Positions 9,938-19,936 of a stretch of 64,000 nucleotides of DNA are shown in pieces; the first letter of the stretch is position 1; every line of letters begins with the position of its first letter. Source of the DNA: Fimbriimonadales bacterium (GTDB lineage Bacteria; Armatimonadota; Fimbriimonadia; Fimbriimonadales; ATM1); assembly GCA_051003155.1 (NCBI GenBank), contig JBPCLO010000006.1:33704-97703 (forward strand), written 5' to 3'. The position numbers were made by a program, and so were the translations under genes. The notes below the pieces were generated by a model. The model saw only the letters and a program-made list of their open reading frames with translations, searched no databases and had not been told where the DNA came from.

Positions 9938-12251
9938 CGCTCGATGATGGTTTGGGGGCCTTGCGGCGCTTGAAAGCGGCCAGCATCCCGCCGACGGTCA
10001 TCATACCCGCGCCAAGCCAAACGAGCCCCGTCAGCGGCTTGAAAAAGAGCTGCACCGGGAAGATCAGTTCGGGCGACAGAATCGACACCGTGGCGGCCTT
10101 GCTGGCCGCGTCGAGCGTGACGAGTTCGACCTTCACGCCGATGGCTTCGATCGTGACGCGATGCCGAATCGGACCCTGCTCGCCGCCGAGCTCGATCTGT
10201 GGCTCGACGGGGTAGACCAGATCTTTATATATCAGCTTCAGCTGCGCCCCGAAACGCGTGCCCTTCATCCCCGGTTCGCCCGAGCGAGTCGGCCGCAGGT
10301 ACTTCACGGTGAAGTCGCCGCTCGTTTTGGTCTCGCCGGGCTTCAGCACGATGTTGGATTCCAACTCCGTCTGCGGCGTGCCGACCACGAAGTAGAGGTC
10401 ATAAAGGAGCGTTCGCTTGATTTCGGGGCGGCTGATCGGCGTCGGCTCGGCCTCGCGGAGAGTGTAGTAGAAATTTGGGTTGCACGGCGTGCGCACGCCG
10501 GTACGCTCGTTTACCAATACGAACGGCAGAACGTTGCTCGGATGGGTGAACATGTGCGGCGCGGGGAGGCTGCTCAGCATGGCGAGATAGGTATGCGACG
10601 GCATGAGGGCAAGGCGGGCGGGCTGCGACAGCGTGACGCCGCTGGTATCGGTCTTCTCGAAGGCGCGCGACACGATCAGACCCAGCAGCAGCAGCGAAAC
10701 TCCGGTGTGGGTGACGAACGGGCCTAGACCGCCACTTCGCGCCCGGAGCCTTTCCAGAGTCCGCGCCCCGTTCGCCACGATGCTGAAAAGACACACAAAC
10801 ACGAGCACCAAGAAGATCGACAGCAGCATCGGTGGCATGCTGGCGAACCCGTCGAGGGTCAGCCCGCTTTTCACCAAAACGAAGGTGAAGACGCCGAATA
10901 AGAGGACCGAGAGGAAGAAGATGTCGGAGATTTTCCGCAGCCGCTCGGCCTTGGTGACAGTCCAGCCGAGGAACGGCACGACCGCCATTGCAATCAACGC
11001 CGGCACGAACGGATACGCGACGATTTGGTTATACGTGCCCTCGTCTATCACCTCCTTCTCGGCCCCCAACATCGCGCCGAAAAACGGGACCGACATGCCC
11101 ACCGCCGCCAAAATTCCGACCGAATAGAGCAGCGTGACCCCGATCGAAAGGCCCGTCTGCCGGTTGCCAAGCGGCTTCGCGGACGGCGCCTCCTTGCGCA
11201 TGAACACGAGCGCCGTTAGACCTACCAGAGTGGCGACGCTTGCGATCACCAGGCCGAGGAGCAACACATGCGCGCCGGCGTTCATCTCGGCGAAGCTGTG
11301 GACGCTGACCTTCAGAAGCGCGCCGCTTCGTGTGAGGTACGTACCGTAGACGAACCAGACGAACGGCAGCAGGCCCAGCAGGATGTTCAGCTTGCTCCAG
11401 CCGTGGCGGCTGTTTTGGATAAATAAGCCATGGACGAAGACGGTTGTGGCGACGAACGGGACCAGGCTGACGTTCTCCACCGGGTCCCACGCCCAGAAGC
11501 CGCCCCAGCCGAGGGTCTCGTAAGCCCAGAGGCCGCCCATGGTTAGGCCGACGCCTAGGACTGTCATGGAGATGATCGCGAAGGGGCGGATGGCGGCGGT
11601 CCACGATTGTTTGTCTTTGGAAAGGGCCGCCGACGCGGTCCAGGCGAACAGAGTGAGCAGGCTGCCGAATCCGATGAAGATCACCCATGGGTGGATGACC
11701 ATCCAGTAGTTCATCAGCGTGGGGTTTAGGCCGCGGCCGTCGGGCGGCATGATCATGGTTTGGCGGGGCGAGAGCAGCGACATGTCCTGGGGGCCGAGCT
11801 GGATCAGCTTGAATGGCGATTCGTAGGCGACGATCGAGAGCATGGCCACGATCGCGATCGAGCAGACCACGCTGAACCAGCGGCGGTAGATGCCCGTTGC
11901 GCGGGCCGCGATGGCGGCGACGAGCGCGCTGGTCAGCGTCCAAAGGAGGAAACTGCCCTCTTGGGCTGCCCAGGCGGCGCTGAACCGGTAGGCAGTGGGC
12001 ATGTCTTTCTGGGTGTTGTCAAAGACGTATTTGTACTCGTATTGCTGGGTTAGTAGGAGGGCGACGTGGACTCCGAATACGGCGAGGACGAGGGCGGCGC
12101 CGACCGCGAAGGCCACCTTCCCGACTCGGCCTTTGCCAGCCAACCAAGCGGCGGCGGCCAGAACGAATGCGGCGATTGCGGCGAAAACGAGGCCCTTTCC
12201 GACGCTTCCGGCGAGCAGACCCAGGGCCGGGGGATCGGGCAGCGGGTTCAT
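9861..12251 (-). CDS. ccmF: Cytochrome c biogenesis heme lyase CcmF
   Basis: QEGSFLLW, GLNPTL, IHP, WAYETLGWGGFWAWDPVEN, SVHSFA; many TM segments. Confidence 0.93.
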   Translation of the reverse strand: MNPLPDPPALGLLAGSVGKGLVFAAIAAFVLAAAAWLAGKGRVGKVAFAVGAALVLAVFGVHVALLLTQQYEYKYVFDNTQKDMPTAYRFSAAWAAQEGSFLLWTLTSALVAAIAARATGIYRRWFSVVCSIAIVAMLSIVAYESPFKLIQLGPQDMSLLSPRQTMIMPPDGRGLNPTLMNYWMVIHPWVIFIGFGSLLTLFAWTASAALSKDKQSWTAAIRPFAIISMTVLGVGLTMGGLWAYETLGWGGFWAWDPVENVSLVPFVATTVFVHGLFIQNSRHGWSKLNILLGLLPFVWFVYGTYLTRSGALLKVSVHSFAEMNAGAHVLLLGLVIASVATLVGLTALVFMRKEAPSAKPLGNRQTGLSIGVTLLYSVGILAAVGMSVPFFGAMLGAEKEVIDEGTYNQIVAYPFVPALIAMAVVPFLGWTVTKAERLRKISDIFFLSVLLFGVFTFVLVKSGLTLDGFASMPPMLLSIFLVLVFVCLFSIVANGARTLERLRARSGGLGPFVTHTGVSLLLLGLIVSRAFEKTDTSGVTLSQPARLALMPSHTYLAMLSSLPAPHMFTHPSNVLPFVLVNERTGVRTPCNPNFYYTLREAEPTPISRPEIKRTLLYDLYFVVGTPQTELESNIVLKPGETKTSGDFTVKYLRPTRSGEPGMKGTRFGAQLKLIYKDLVYPVEPQIELGGEQGPIRHRVTIEAIGVKVELVTLDAASKAATVSILSPELIFPVQLFFKPLTGLVWLGAGMMTVGGMLAAFKRRKAPKPSSSDEITHPFEVEDSSRARDLREPGLRR

Positions 12252-12640
12252 TTAGGCTGCGGCAAGTAGTTTTTGTCTTCGGTTTCGTACTTGCTGGGGC
12301 ACTGAGTGGTGATCTTTTCGGCGTGGAACTTGCCGCCTTCGTATCGGCCCTGGACGCTGGCCGTGGGGGCGGTGTCGAAGTTACCGGGCTTCATGCCTTT
12401 ATAGGTGACCGGGAGCGTATCCCCATGGTCGTCGATCAGGGTGAACTGGAAGAGTTCGTTTTGGATGGAGGCTCGGGCCGAGCCATGGTCGATCTTGCCC
12501 GCGACGTGGACGGTCTCGCCGCTTCGTTGGGCGGCGTCCTTGGCGGAGACGTACGGGCTGGCGTTGGCCATGAACGCATAAACGCCCAGCCCCAGCCCGG
12601 CGATGGCCAGCACGGCCGCAAAAGTCGCACCGGGTTTCAC
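12248..12640 (-). CDS. ccmE: Heme chaperone CcmE, CxxxY type
   Basis: N-terminal TM segment, OB-fold pattern, C-terminal CPSKY. Confidence 0.9.
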   Translation of the reverse strand: MKPGATFAAVLAIAGLGLGVYAFMANASPYVSAKDAAQRSGETVHVAGKIDHGSARASIQNELFQFTLIDDHGDTLPVTYKGMKPGNFDTAPTASVQGRYEGGKFHAEKITTQCPSKYETEDKNYLPQPK

Positions 12641-12858
12641 TTGGGTCTATTTTAGTCTATTTGTGTGGGTTTGTGGGAGGCCGGAACGCGTCCAAGTACC
12701 TGCTAAGGAATGTGACGTGATGACGACTTCGCTCCTGGCCTATCGGCTCTGATCGGCTCGATTTGCGACTTCCTGACTATCAAGTCTTGTTCTTGCACCC
12801 ATGCGATCATTCTCAACCGAGTAACCTCTGGGAAAGTCTGCTCCACTCTCGGAATTCA

Positions 12859-14832
12859 ATGAACCGTTATTATTACTCCAATGACATCGGACAGTTCCTC
12901 GTTGAAGACGCTCACAGCATCCTAGGGGTTCTTGCTGCGAACAACCCTTTCACGTTGGAGATTTCGCAAAGGACCGCTTGGCTTGAGCAGATTTGGCTTC
13001 TGAAGAACTCCCTTAAGAACTGCGTCGGCAGAATTTACTTCGAATACTCGATTCCGCGTATGGGTAGACGGATCGACGCAGTTCTGGTCATTGGACCCGT
13101 CGTATTCATTCTTGAATTCAAGGTGGGTGCGAACACCTACCTTACTTCCGATTGCGACCAGGTCTGTGACTACTCCCTCGACTTGAAGAACTTCCATGCA
13201 TCGAGTCACCACCCTGTCGTTGTACCGATCCTGATTGCGACGGCCGCGCTGGAAATTCAAAATACGATTGCGTTTTACGAACATCTGGACAGGCTGATTA
13301 AGCCGTTGCGATCCAACGGCAATAATCTGAGTGACCTGATCGCACGTGTCCTAGAATTTGCCCAGGGTGAGCCTATTGATCCGGAAACGTGGGAGGCCGG
13401 GAGCTACAGTCCGACTCCCACTATCGTCGAAGCCGCCGTGGCGTTATATGGTGGTCACGCGGTTGAGGATATTAGCCGGAGCGATGCTGGGGCACAAAAT
13501 CTCAGAGTTACATCAGAGAAAGTTGACGAGATTATTCAGCAGACAAAACAGAGCCACGAGAAGGCTATTTGCTTTGTTACCGGCGTGCCAGGTTCTGGAA
13601 AGACACTGATTGGCTTGGACATCGCTAGCAAAAACTTTGACCCACAAAGTGAGTTGTACAGCGTGTTTCTTTCCGGCAATGGACCCTTGGTAGCGGTGCT
13701 TCATGAAGCCCTCGCCCGAGATCGGGTGCGGAGCGCAAAGGAGAGCGGGGAAAAAATTAAGAAAGGTGAAGCATTGAGCGAAGTCAAGGCCTTCGTCCAG
13801 AACGTACACCATTTTCGAGACGAGTACTTGCGCGATCCAAAGCCGCCGATCGAGCACGTCGTCCTCTTTGATGAAGCACAACGTGCGTGGAACTTGCATC
13901 AGACCGCGAACTTCATGAAGCGTAAGAAGAATGTCCCTGATTTTCAAATGTCAGAGCCAGAATTCTTGATCTCTTGCTTAGATCGCCATCCGGATTGGGC
14001 AGTTATCGTCTGCCTCGTCGGTGGTGGCCAGGAGATAAACACGGGCGAAGCAGGTATTAGAGGGTGGATCGAAGCTATCGAAAGATCTTACCGGCATTGG
14101 AAGGTTTACATATCATCCCGATTGACCGATAAGGAGTTCGATACCGGCGACCTGACTGAGCTGTTGCTAAGGGCGCAGGCACGGCAGGTTGAAGAGATGC
14201 ATCTCGGTGTTTCTATGCGATCATTCAGAGCAGAGAATGTCTCGCACCTCGTCAAGAGTCTCTTAGACAAACACCATGCTTCGGCATGCCAAATGGCCCT
14301 CGAATGTGCGAGCACATACCCCATTGCTCTCACAAGAGACATTGGGCTAGCGAAAGCGTGGGTAAGAGCGAAGGCTCGCGGCTCCGAAAGGACTGGAGTG
14401 GTCGTTTCATCTCAAGCCGAGCGCCTTAGGCCCCAGGGAATACACGTGAAGGCACCTATGAATCCGGTGCACTGGTTCCTTGCACGAAAAGATGACGTTC
14501 GCTCCTCCTACTACCTTGAGGATGTCGCAACGGAGTTCCACGTTCAAGGGCTCGAGATTGACTGGGCGTGCGTCGCATGGGACGCAGACTTACGGGTTAC
14601 TCCAACTGGCTGGCAACACTGGTCGTTCTCGGGTGACAAGTGGAAGAAGATTCATCAGGAGGATCGGCGGCGGTATCAGCTGAACGCTTACAGGGTGTTG
14701 TTGACGCGAGCACGTCAAGGCATGGTGATCGTTGTGCCCCCCGGCGACAAAGACGACCACACGCGCTGTCCATCCTTCTATGATCCGACGTTTGAATATT
14801 TGGCTGGTCTTGGTTTCGAGATCTTGCATTGA
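12859..14832 (+). CDS. DUF2075 / Schlafen group-3-like helicase with an N-terminal nuclease-like domain
   Basis: RID.V...LEFK, GVPGSGKT, FDEAQRAW, VQGLEIDW, YRVLLTRARQG; GC appears lower than the flanks. Confidence 0.85.
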   Translation: MNRYYYSNDIGQFLVEDAHSILGVLAANNPFTLEISQRTAWLEQIWLLKNSLKNCVGRIYFEYSIPRMGRRIDAVLVIGPVVFILEFKVGANTYLTSDCDQVCDYSLDLKNFHASSHHPVVVPILIATAALEIQNTIAFYEHLDRLIKPLRSNGNNLSDLIARVLEFAQGEPIDPETWEAGSYSPTPTIVEAAVALYGGHAVEDISRSDAGAQNLRVTSEKVDEIIQQTKQSHEKAICFVTGVPGSGKTLIGLDIASKNFDPQSELYSVFLSGNGPLVAVLHEALARDRVRSAKESGEKIKKGEALSEVKAFVQNVHHFRDEYLRDPKPPIEHVVLFDEAQRAWNLHQTANFMKRKKNVPDFQMSEPEFLISCLDRHPDWAVIVCLVGGGQEINTGEAGIRGWIEAIERSYRHWKVYISSRLTDKEFDTGDLTELLLRAQARQVEEMHLGVSMRSFRAENVSHLVKSLLDKHHASACQMALECASTYPIALTRDIGLAKAWVRAKARGSERTGVVVSSQAERLRPQGIHVKAPMNPVHWFLARKDDVRSSYYLEDVATEFHVQGLEIDWACVAWDADLRVTPTGWQHWSFSGDKWKKIHQEDRRRYQLNAYRVLLTRARQGMVIVVPPGDKDDHTRCPSFYDPTFEYLAGLGFEILH

Positions 14833-15243
14833 ACAAGCTGTGACGGCTTTGTCACAAAAGTGGGGTGAGCTGCCGAATAGGAGCCCTTGGCCGCCCCGTT
14901 TGTCGTCCTTGAGACAAACTCGTCAACACTCGTTCTGTTAAGGGTTTGTGCCTGCACCCATGGGCTTATAAGGTGCCGTCGATTGCGGCGGCAAGCTGTC
15001 TTTCTATATATACACGAGCCGCTAGCGAAGGGCCTCCCATTACCTCGACGGCTTTATTCGCTCGGGCTATTTGGGTTGACTCTTGAAGGCGTGAACAATA
15101 TAAAAGACGTGAACACTATAAAAAGAGTGCATTCGGACCAAGAGAGCAGTTTTTTGCGATGAGTGTCTGAATCGCTTGGTCTGGCGGAGGCGCTCGACTT
15201 CCAAAAATGTCTCGGCCGTAACCAAAAAGCAGTCGCGAACGTA

Positions 15244-15273
15244 TAATATAGTAGACGTAAGTCTGCTATATTA
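15244..15273. promoter_or_regulatory. Palindromic operator candidate overlapping the imuB promoter
   Basis: TAATATAGTAGAC-GTAA-GTCTGCTATATTA (12/13 arm match) covers TATATT, which lies 6 nt before the ATG. Confidence 0.65.
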
Positions 15274-15278
15274 ACTTC

Positions 15279-16463
15279 ATGAGCGTCGTGGCGTTTGTAA
15301 CGTTCGACGGCTTCTATGTGGCGGGGCTGTCGCGGATGGAGCCGGCTTTGGTGAAGTCGGCGGTGGCGGTCGTGCGTGCGCGGAAGGTGCTGGACTCCTC
15401 CCCGGCCGCCCGCAAGATCGGCATTCACCCGGGGATGGCGGCCTCGGAGGCACGGTATGCCGCCCAGGGCAGTAAGGTGCGTTTCGTCGATTACAGGGAG
15501 AGCGACTATGCGGAGGCGTCGGCGAAGTGGCTGGATATCTGCTGCGAGTACACGGCGGTGATCGAGCCGGTTGAGCCGCACTGCGCTTTTCTCGATCTGA
15601 GCGCACTCGCCGGCGCGCGCGAACTGGCGATACCGATGTCGGCGGATATCTATAGCGCCGTACGTATCTGCCCGAGAATCGGGATCGCCTCGAACAAGCT
15701 CGTCGCGCGGCTGACCGGGCAGGCCATCCCCGAAGGCGGGGACGCCGGCTTTTTGGCGTCGCTTCCGATCGAGTCGCTTTGGATGGCGAAAGCCGAGCAT
15801 CTTCGACGGCTGAGTTTTTTGGGCTATCGCACGATCGGCGAAGTGGCGCGGCTGCCGCTCGAGGTGCTGCAAAAGCAGTTCGGCCAGGCGGGGCTGCAGA
15901 TCTCGCTGTGGGCGAGGGGCATGGACCGCAGCCTCGTGCGGCCTTTGTACCCGCCGGAGGAGCTTTCCGCGCGGTTCACTTTCCCGCAGCCCGTGCGGTT
16001 AGATCAGGAGTTGGAGGCCGGATTGAAAGCGCTCGCCGAGTACTTCGGCGCGATTTTGCGGACGCGCGATATGCAGACGAAGCAGATCGAGTTGGAAGTG
16101 GTCTTCGAGGGAAACCGGGTGGAGAGTGCGGCTCGCTGTTTCGTGAACCCGATGCAGAGGCCGGGGGCGCTGCTAACGGGGTTGCGGCTGACGCTTCGGT
16201 TGGTTGCCTTGGGCTCGGAGATTTATTCGATTCGCGCGCGTTTCCCGAAAATCGAGCCATCGGACCGAAGCCAAATGACCCTGGACGCAACTGTGAAAGA
16301 CGCGGAGAAGGCGAACGGTGCGATTAAACAATTGCAGGAAACCTTCGGGCAGGGAATTATCAAGCGCGCCGGTGAGGTGGAGGCGCCTCGGCGGCAGAAG
16401 TTTTTGAAAGCCTTTCTGGAGGGCGACGTTTTAGCTAGCCGGCCTCAGGGAAATGGCTCGTGA
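15279..16463 (+). CDS. imuB: ImuB-like inactive Y-family polymerase
   Basis: DinB-like fold motifs with catalytic residues replaced (FVTFDGFY; VEPHCAFLD), clamp-like QMTLD, directly upstream of dnaE2. Confidence 0.8.
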   Translation: MSVVAFVTFDGFYVAGLSRMEPALVKSAVAVVRARKVLDSSPAARKIGIHPGMAASEARYAAQGSKVRFVDYRESDYAEASAKWLDICCEYTAVIEPVEPHCAFLDLSALAGARELAIPMSADIYSAVRICPRIGIASNKLVARLTGQAIPEGGDAGFLASLPIESLWMAKAEHLRRLSFLGYRTIGEVARLPLEVLQKQFGQAGLQISLWARGMDRSLVRPLYPPEELSARFTFPQPVRLDQELEAGLKALAEYFGAILRTRDMQTKQIELEVVFEGNRVESAARCFVNPMQRPGALLTGLRLTLRLVALGSEIYSIRARFPKIEPSDRSQMTLDATVKDAEKANGAIKQLQETFGQGIIKRAGEVEAPRRQKFLKAFLEGDVLASRPQGNGS

Positions 16464-19400
16464 AGCGCCGGCCAGCGGAGGATTCATGGACGTCTTAGCC
16501 TGGTGGCGCGAAAGCGGGAAGTGGTGGGACGGCGAAGCCGAAAAGGAATGGATTCGGTTTTTGGACGAGCACGGCAAGCTGGTCGAAGAATGCCGCGAGC
16601 TTCGTTTCGAAAAAGAAAGCACGCCATTTAAACGCGTGGCGGAGGATATTCCGACCTATACGGTGGATTATATGTTTCCGAACAGCCTTAAGCGCAACGC
16701 CGTATCTGCGGCCAAGGGTATTTCGCCCGGTGATGGAGGGCGGGCGGTGCATTTGCATTGCTTGTCGGCGCTTTCTTTCGGCCGCAGCTCGATGCATTCC
16801 GAGCAGATTGTGGCACTTGCGCATATTTACGGGATGAAGGCCGTCGCTCTCACCGATACATTTTCTTTCGCCGGAGTGGTCGATTTTTGCAAGGCGGCAA
16901 AAACTCTTGGAATAAAACCGATTATCGGCACGACGCTCGAAATCGATTCGGGCGGGGAGTTGGTTCTTCTCGCGGCGAGCCAGCGGGGATATCGAAATCT
17001 TTCGCGTCTGATCACGCATTGCCACCTGAGGCAGCCGAGGCTTTTCCCATTATGGGAGGTGAAAAACCATTGGGGTGATTTGAGCGACATCGTTTGTTTG
17101 ACCGGTGGACATGGCGGGCCGATTAACCGGCTGCTGATGCACAAAGAACACATCAGGGCGAAGGCGCTGATGGGTTCTCTTTTGGAAAGATTCGGCAGTG
17201 TTTATGTTGAAATCGAGAGAGCATTTCAGCCATGGGAGGTGTCGGTCAACGGTTTACTACTGGACTTGGCAAAGTCTATGGATGTGCGCGCCGTTGCCGG
17301 CGGGTCGGTTACGCATGCGGTGCGTAGCGATTTTCAGGCGCAGGACTCGTTGCTTTGCGCGGAGACGCTTTGCACGGTGGAGGAGATTATCGGGCGCAAG
17401 CCTCAGCGGCATTCTTTGCAGCCACAGGTTGCGCCGTGGCCGCTGCGTTCGATGAATTCGGAGAGGTATTTTCGTACCGCCCGAGAGACGGAAGCTCTTT
17501 TTGAGCCGGAAATGATCGAGGCTGCCTGTGAACTTGCGGAGTCGTTTCCCGACGACCCTCTGCCGCCAAAGCCGCAATTTCCTAAGTTCTGCGCAGAGCC
17601 CGAAAAATATCTGCGGGAGATCGTAATAGGAAACGCGAAAGAGCGGTATCCGCAGGTCGGCGTCGAGCATAAATATCGGATCAACGGCGAATTGAACCGG
17701 ATTTGTTCCCTGGGCTACGCGAGCAACTTTCTGGCGATTTGGGAGGCGTGCCAATGGGCGAAGAGCCAGGGGATCTTTTACAGCGCGCGGGGCTCTGCGG
17801 TCGACAGTGCGATCGCGTACTGCCTGGAGCTGACACCGATAGACGCGATCGAACACAATTTGCACTTCGACCGATTTCTGCCTGATGATGGCAGCAAAAA
17901 GCCCGATATCGATGTGGACTTCGAGGCTGCACGGCGCGACGACGTGCGTAATTTCCTCTCTGACCGTTATGGGAAAGAGCACGTGGCCACCGTTTCGGCG
18001 ATTGCGACCTATCAGGGCAGAGGAATAGTACGAAAGATCGGGAAAGCGCTGATGATTCCGGACGCGACTCTTGGATATTTGGCAAAAAGGCTTCACGGTT
18101 CGGTTTCGGGACACCGGCTACGGCAAGGAATCGCCGAGAGGCCAGAGCTAAGGGATAGCGGAATTCCGATCGAAAGATTTGTTCTGCTTTTCGAGTTGGC
18201 GCAGCGGATCGACGGCCTGCCCCGGCACATGGGGGCGCATTCCTCCGGAGTCGTAATCACCGATACTCCTTTGTGCGAAACCGTGCCGATTATGGAATCC
18301 GGGCGTGATGGCGTGCAGATTATTCAATGGGATAAATACAGCGTCAAGCATTATTTCAACAAGCTCGACATTCTGTGCCTTCGCGGGCTGGATGTGATGG
18401 CGGGGACGCAGAGGCAGATTCGGGAATCGGGAGTGGATTTCGATTCCACGAAGATTGCGATGGACGATCAGGAGGTGTTCGAGGACTTCAGGAAAGGCAA
18501 CTTGATCGGTACTCCTCAAAGCGCATCCCCTGCAATGAGGCAGGCGCATATCCGTTTGCGGTCCGAGAATCTGCACGATGTGAGCTTGGTGCAGGCGGGT
18601 ATCCGGCCTGGCGTAGGCGGTGCAGTAAAAATCAATGAACTAATTCGACGTAGGAGGAGTGGGGAGAAGCATATTTATTCACACCCGTTGTTCGAGGCGA
18701 TACTGGGGATCAGCTACGGTATTATTGTATTTCAAGAGCAGGTCGATCAACTATTGCAGGCTTTTTGCGGATATACGTCGGGCGAGGCGGAGGATATACG
18801 CGACGCGATTCACAAGCAGCGGGCAGATTCGTGGGACAAGTCGGTTCAGGAAGAGGTTTTGGCTCGGTGCGCTGCCAACGGTTTTTCTAAAGAGATCGGC
18901 GAGGAGGTGTTGGAGCTGGTTTCCGGGTTCAAAGGCTACGGCTTTGCCCAAGGGCATGCGTTGGCGTTCGCTGAGATTTCGATTCGATGTGTCTATTGCC
19001 AGCAGCATTATCCTGCGGAGTATTTCGCGGCGTTGTTGTCGAATCAGCCGGCGGGGTACTACGGGCCGGGGACCATTGCTAATGAGGCCCGGAACCGCGG
19101 GGTGCGCATTCTTCCACTCGATGTTAATAAAAGCTCGGATTCGTTTACTGTAGGGGACGGGAACATTCGGGTCGGATTGATCCAGCAGTTCTCGCTTTCG
19201 AGGAAGACACGGGAGAGAATCAGCGGGCGGCCATATACGTCCATGTTCGATTTTTGTGCACGGGTTCGGCCTGCGGCGGACGAACTAGAGAATCTGATTC
19301 TCGCCGGCTTTTTCGATTCGCTGCATTCGAATAGGCGCGCGACGCTTTGGGCTGCACCCGACGCCGTGCAGTATGCTTCGGCCAGGAATAAGGGCGGTCT

Positions 19401-19911
19401 TTGCGACATTCCTGAGCCGGAGTTCGTCGCCGTAGTCGAGGATTTCAGCGAGTACGAGAAGGCGGTTCTGGAACGTTCGATGCTGGGTCTAGATATCGAA
19501 AAGCACTTGATGGCTTTCGAGCGAGAGAGAATCGAAGCAAAAGGTGGGATAACGTGTGCGCACGCACAGAACGGACTAAAAGACCAGGAGACCGCCTTGG
19601 TAGTCGGGCATGCCATGCGTCTGCGGTTTCCACCGACCGCTTCGGGGCGGCGGGTCGTGTTTTTCGACTTGGAGGACGAAACCGGGTTGCTCAACGTCAC
19701 CTGTTTCGACGACACGTATCAGCGGGACGGCCACGCGATCATTTGTTCACCGTTTGTGACGCTAAGAGGGCTCGCTCAGGCTCGTGACGGGCATTTGGCG
19801 TTCCTCGCGCAGAGGGTGTTTCCATACAAGCCAATGATCGATAAGGACGGCTTCGCCGAACAACGTAAAGCCGTTCACTCCGAGGATTTCATCCATAGGG
19901 GAGGGCGCTGA
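16453..19911 (+). CDS. dnaE2: Error-prone DNA polymerase DnaE2 with an N-terminal Trp-rich extension
   Basis: PHP domain, RGSAVDS, PDIDVDF, PRHMGAHSSG, YGFAQGHA, NQPAGYY, LEDETG. Confidence 0.93.
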   Translation: MAREAPASGGFMDVLAWWRESGKWWDGEAEKEWIRFLDEHGKLVEECRELRFEKESTPFKRVAEDIPTYTVDYMFPNSLKRNAVSAAKGISPGDGGRAVHLHCLSALSFGRSSMHSEQIVALAHIYGMKAVALTDTFSFAGVVDFCKAAKTLGIKPIIGTTLEIDSGGELVLLAASQRGYRNLSRLITHCHLRQPRLFPLWEVKNHWGDLSDIVCLTGGHGGPINRLLMHKEHIRAKALMGSLLERFGSVYVEIERAFQPWEVSVNGLLLDLAKSMDVRAVAGGSVTHAVRSDFQAQDSLLCAETLCTVEEIIGRKPQRHSLQPQVAPWPLRSMNSERYFRTARETEALFEPEMIEAACELAESFPDDPLPPKPQFPKFCAEPEKYLREIVIGNAKERYPQVGVEHKYRINGELNRICSLGYASNFLAIWEACQWAKSQGIFYSARGSAVDSAIAYCLELTPIDAIEHNLHFDRFLPDDGSKKPDIDVDFEAARRDDVRNFLSDRYGKEHVATVSAIATYQGRGIVRKIGKALMIPDATLGYLAKRLHGSVSGHRLRQGIAERPELRDSGIPIERFVLLFELAQRIDGLPRHMGAHSSGVVITDTPLCETVPIMESGRDGVQIIQWDKYSVKHYFNKLDILCLRGLDVMAGTQRQIRESGVDFDSTKIAMDDQEVFEDFRKGNLIGTPQSASPAMRQAHIRLRSENLHDVSLVQAGIRPGVGGAVKINELIRRRRSGEKHIYSHPLFEAILGISYGIIVFQEQVDQLLQAFCGYTSGEAEDIRDAIHKQRADSWDKSVQEEVLARCAANGFSKEIGEEVLELVSGFKGYGFAQGHALAFAEISIRCVYCQQHYPAEYFAALLSNQPAGYYGPGTIANEARNRGVRILPLDVNKSSDSFTVGDGNIRVGLIQQFSLSRKTRERISGRPYTSMFDFCARVRPAADELENLILAGFFDSLHSNRRATLWAAPDAVQYASARNKGGLCDIPEPEFVAVVEDFSEYEKAVLERSMLGLDIEKHLMAFERERIEAKGGITCAHAQNGLKDQETALVVGHAMRLRFPPTASGRRVVFFDLEDETGLLNVTCFDDTYQRDGHAIICSPFVTLRGLAQARDGHLAFLAQRVFPYKPMIDKDGFAEQRKAVHSEDFIHRGGR

Positions 19912-19936
19912 TGGAGTAGAATCCGGAGCGTACGCC

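Noticed and set aside
14862..15083. Third copy of the ncRNA or a 6S RNA
   Set aside because: Some long-range pairing exists (CCGAAUAG/CUAUUUGG), but there is no shared promoter, box pair, AGCCGCAG motif or consistent tetraloops.
15090..15130. CRISPR or iteron array (18-bp direct repeat CGTGAACAmTATAAAA)
   Set aside because: Only two adjacent copies, no spacers, no cas or rep gene.
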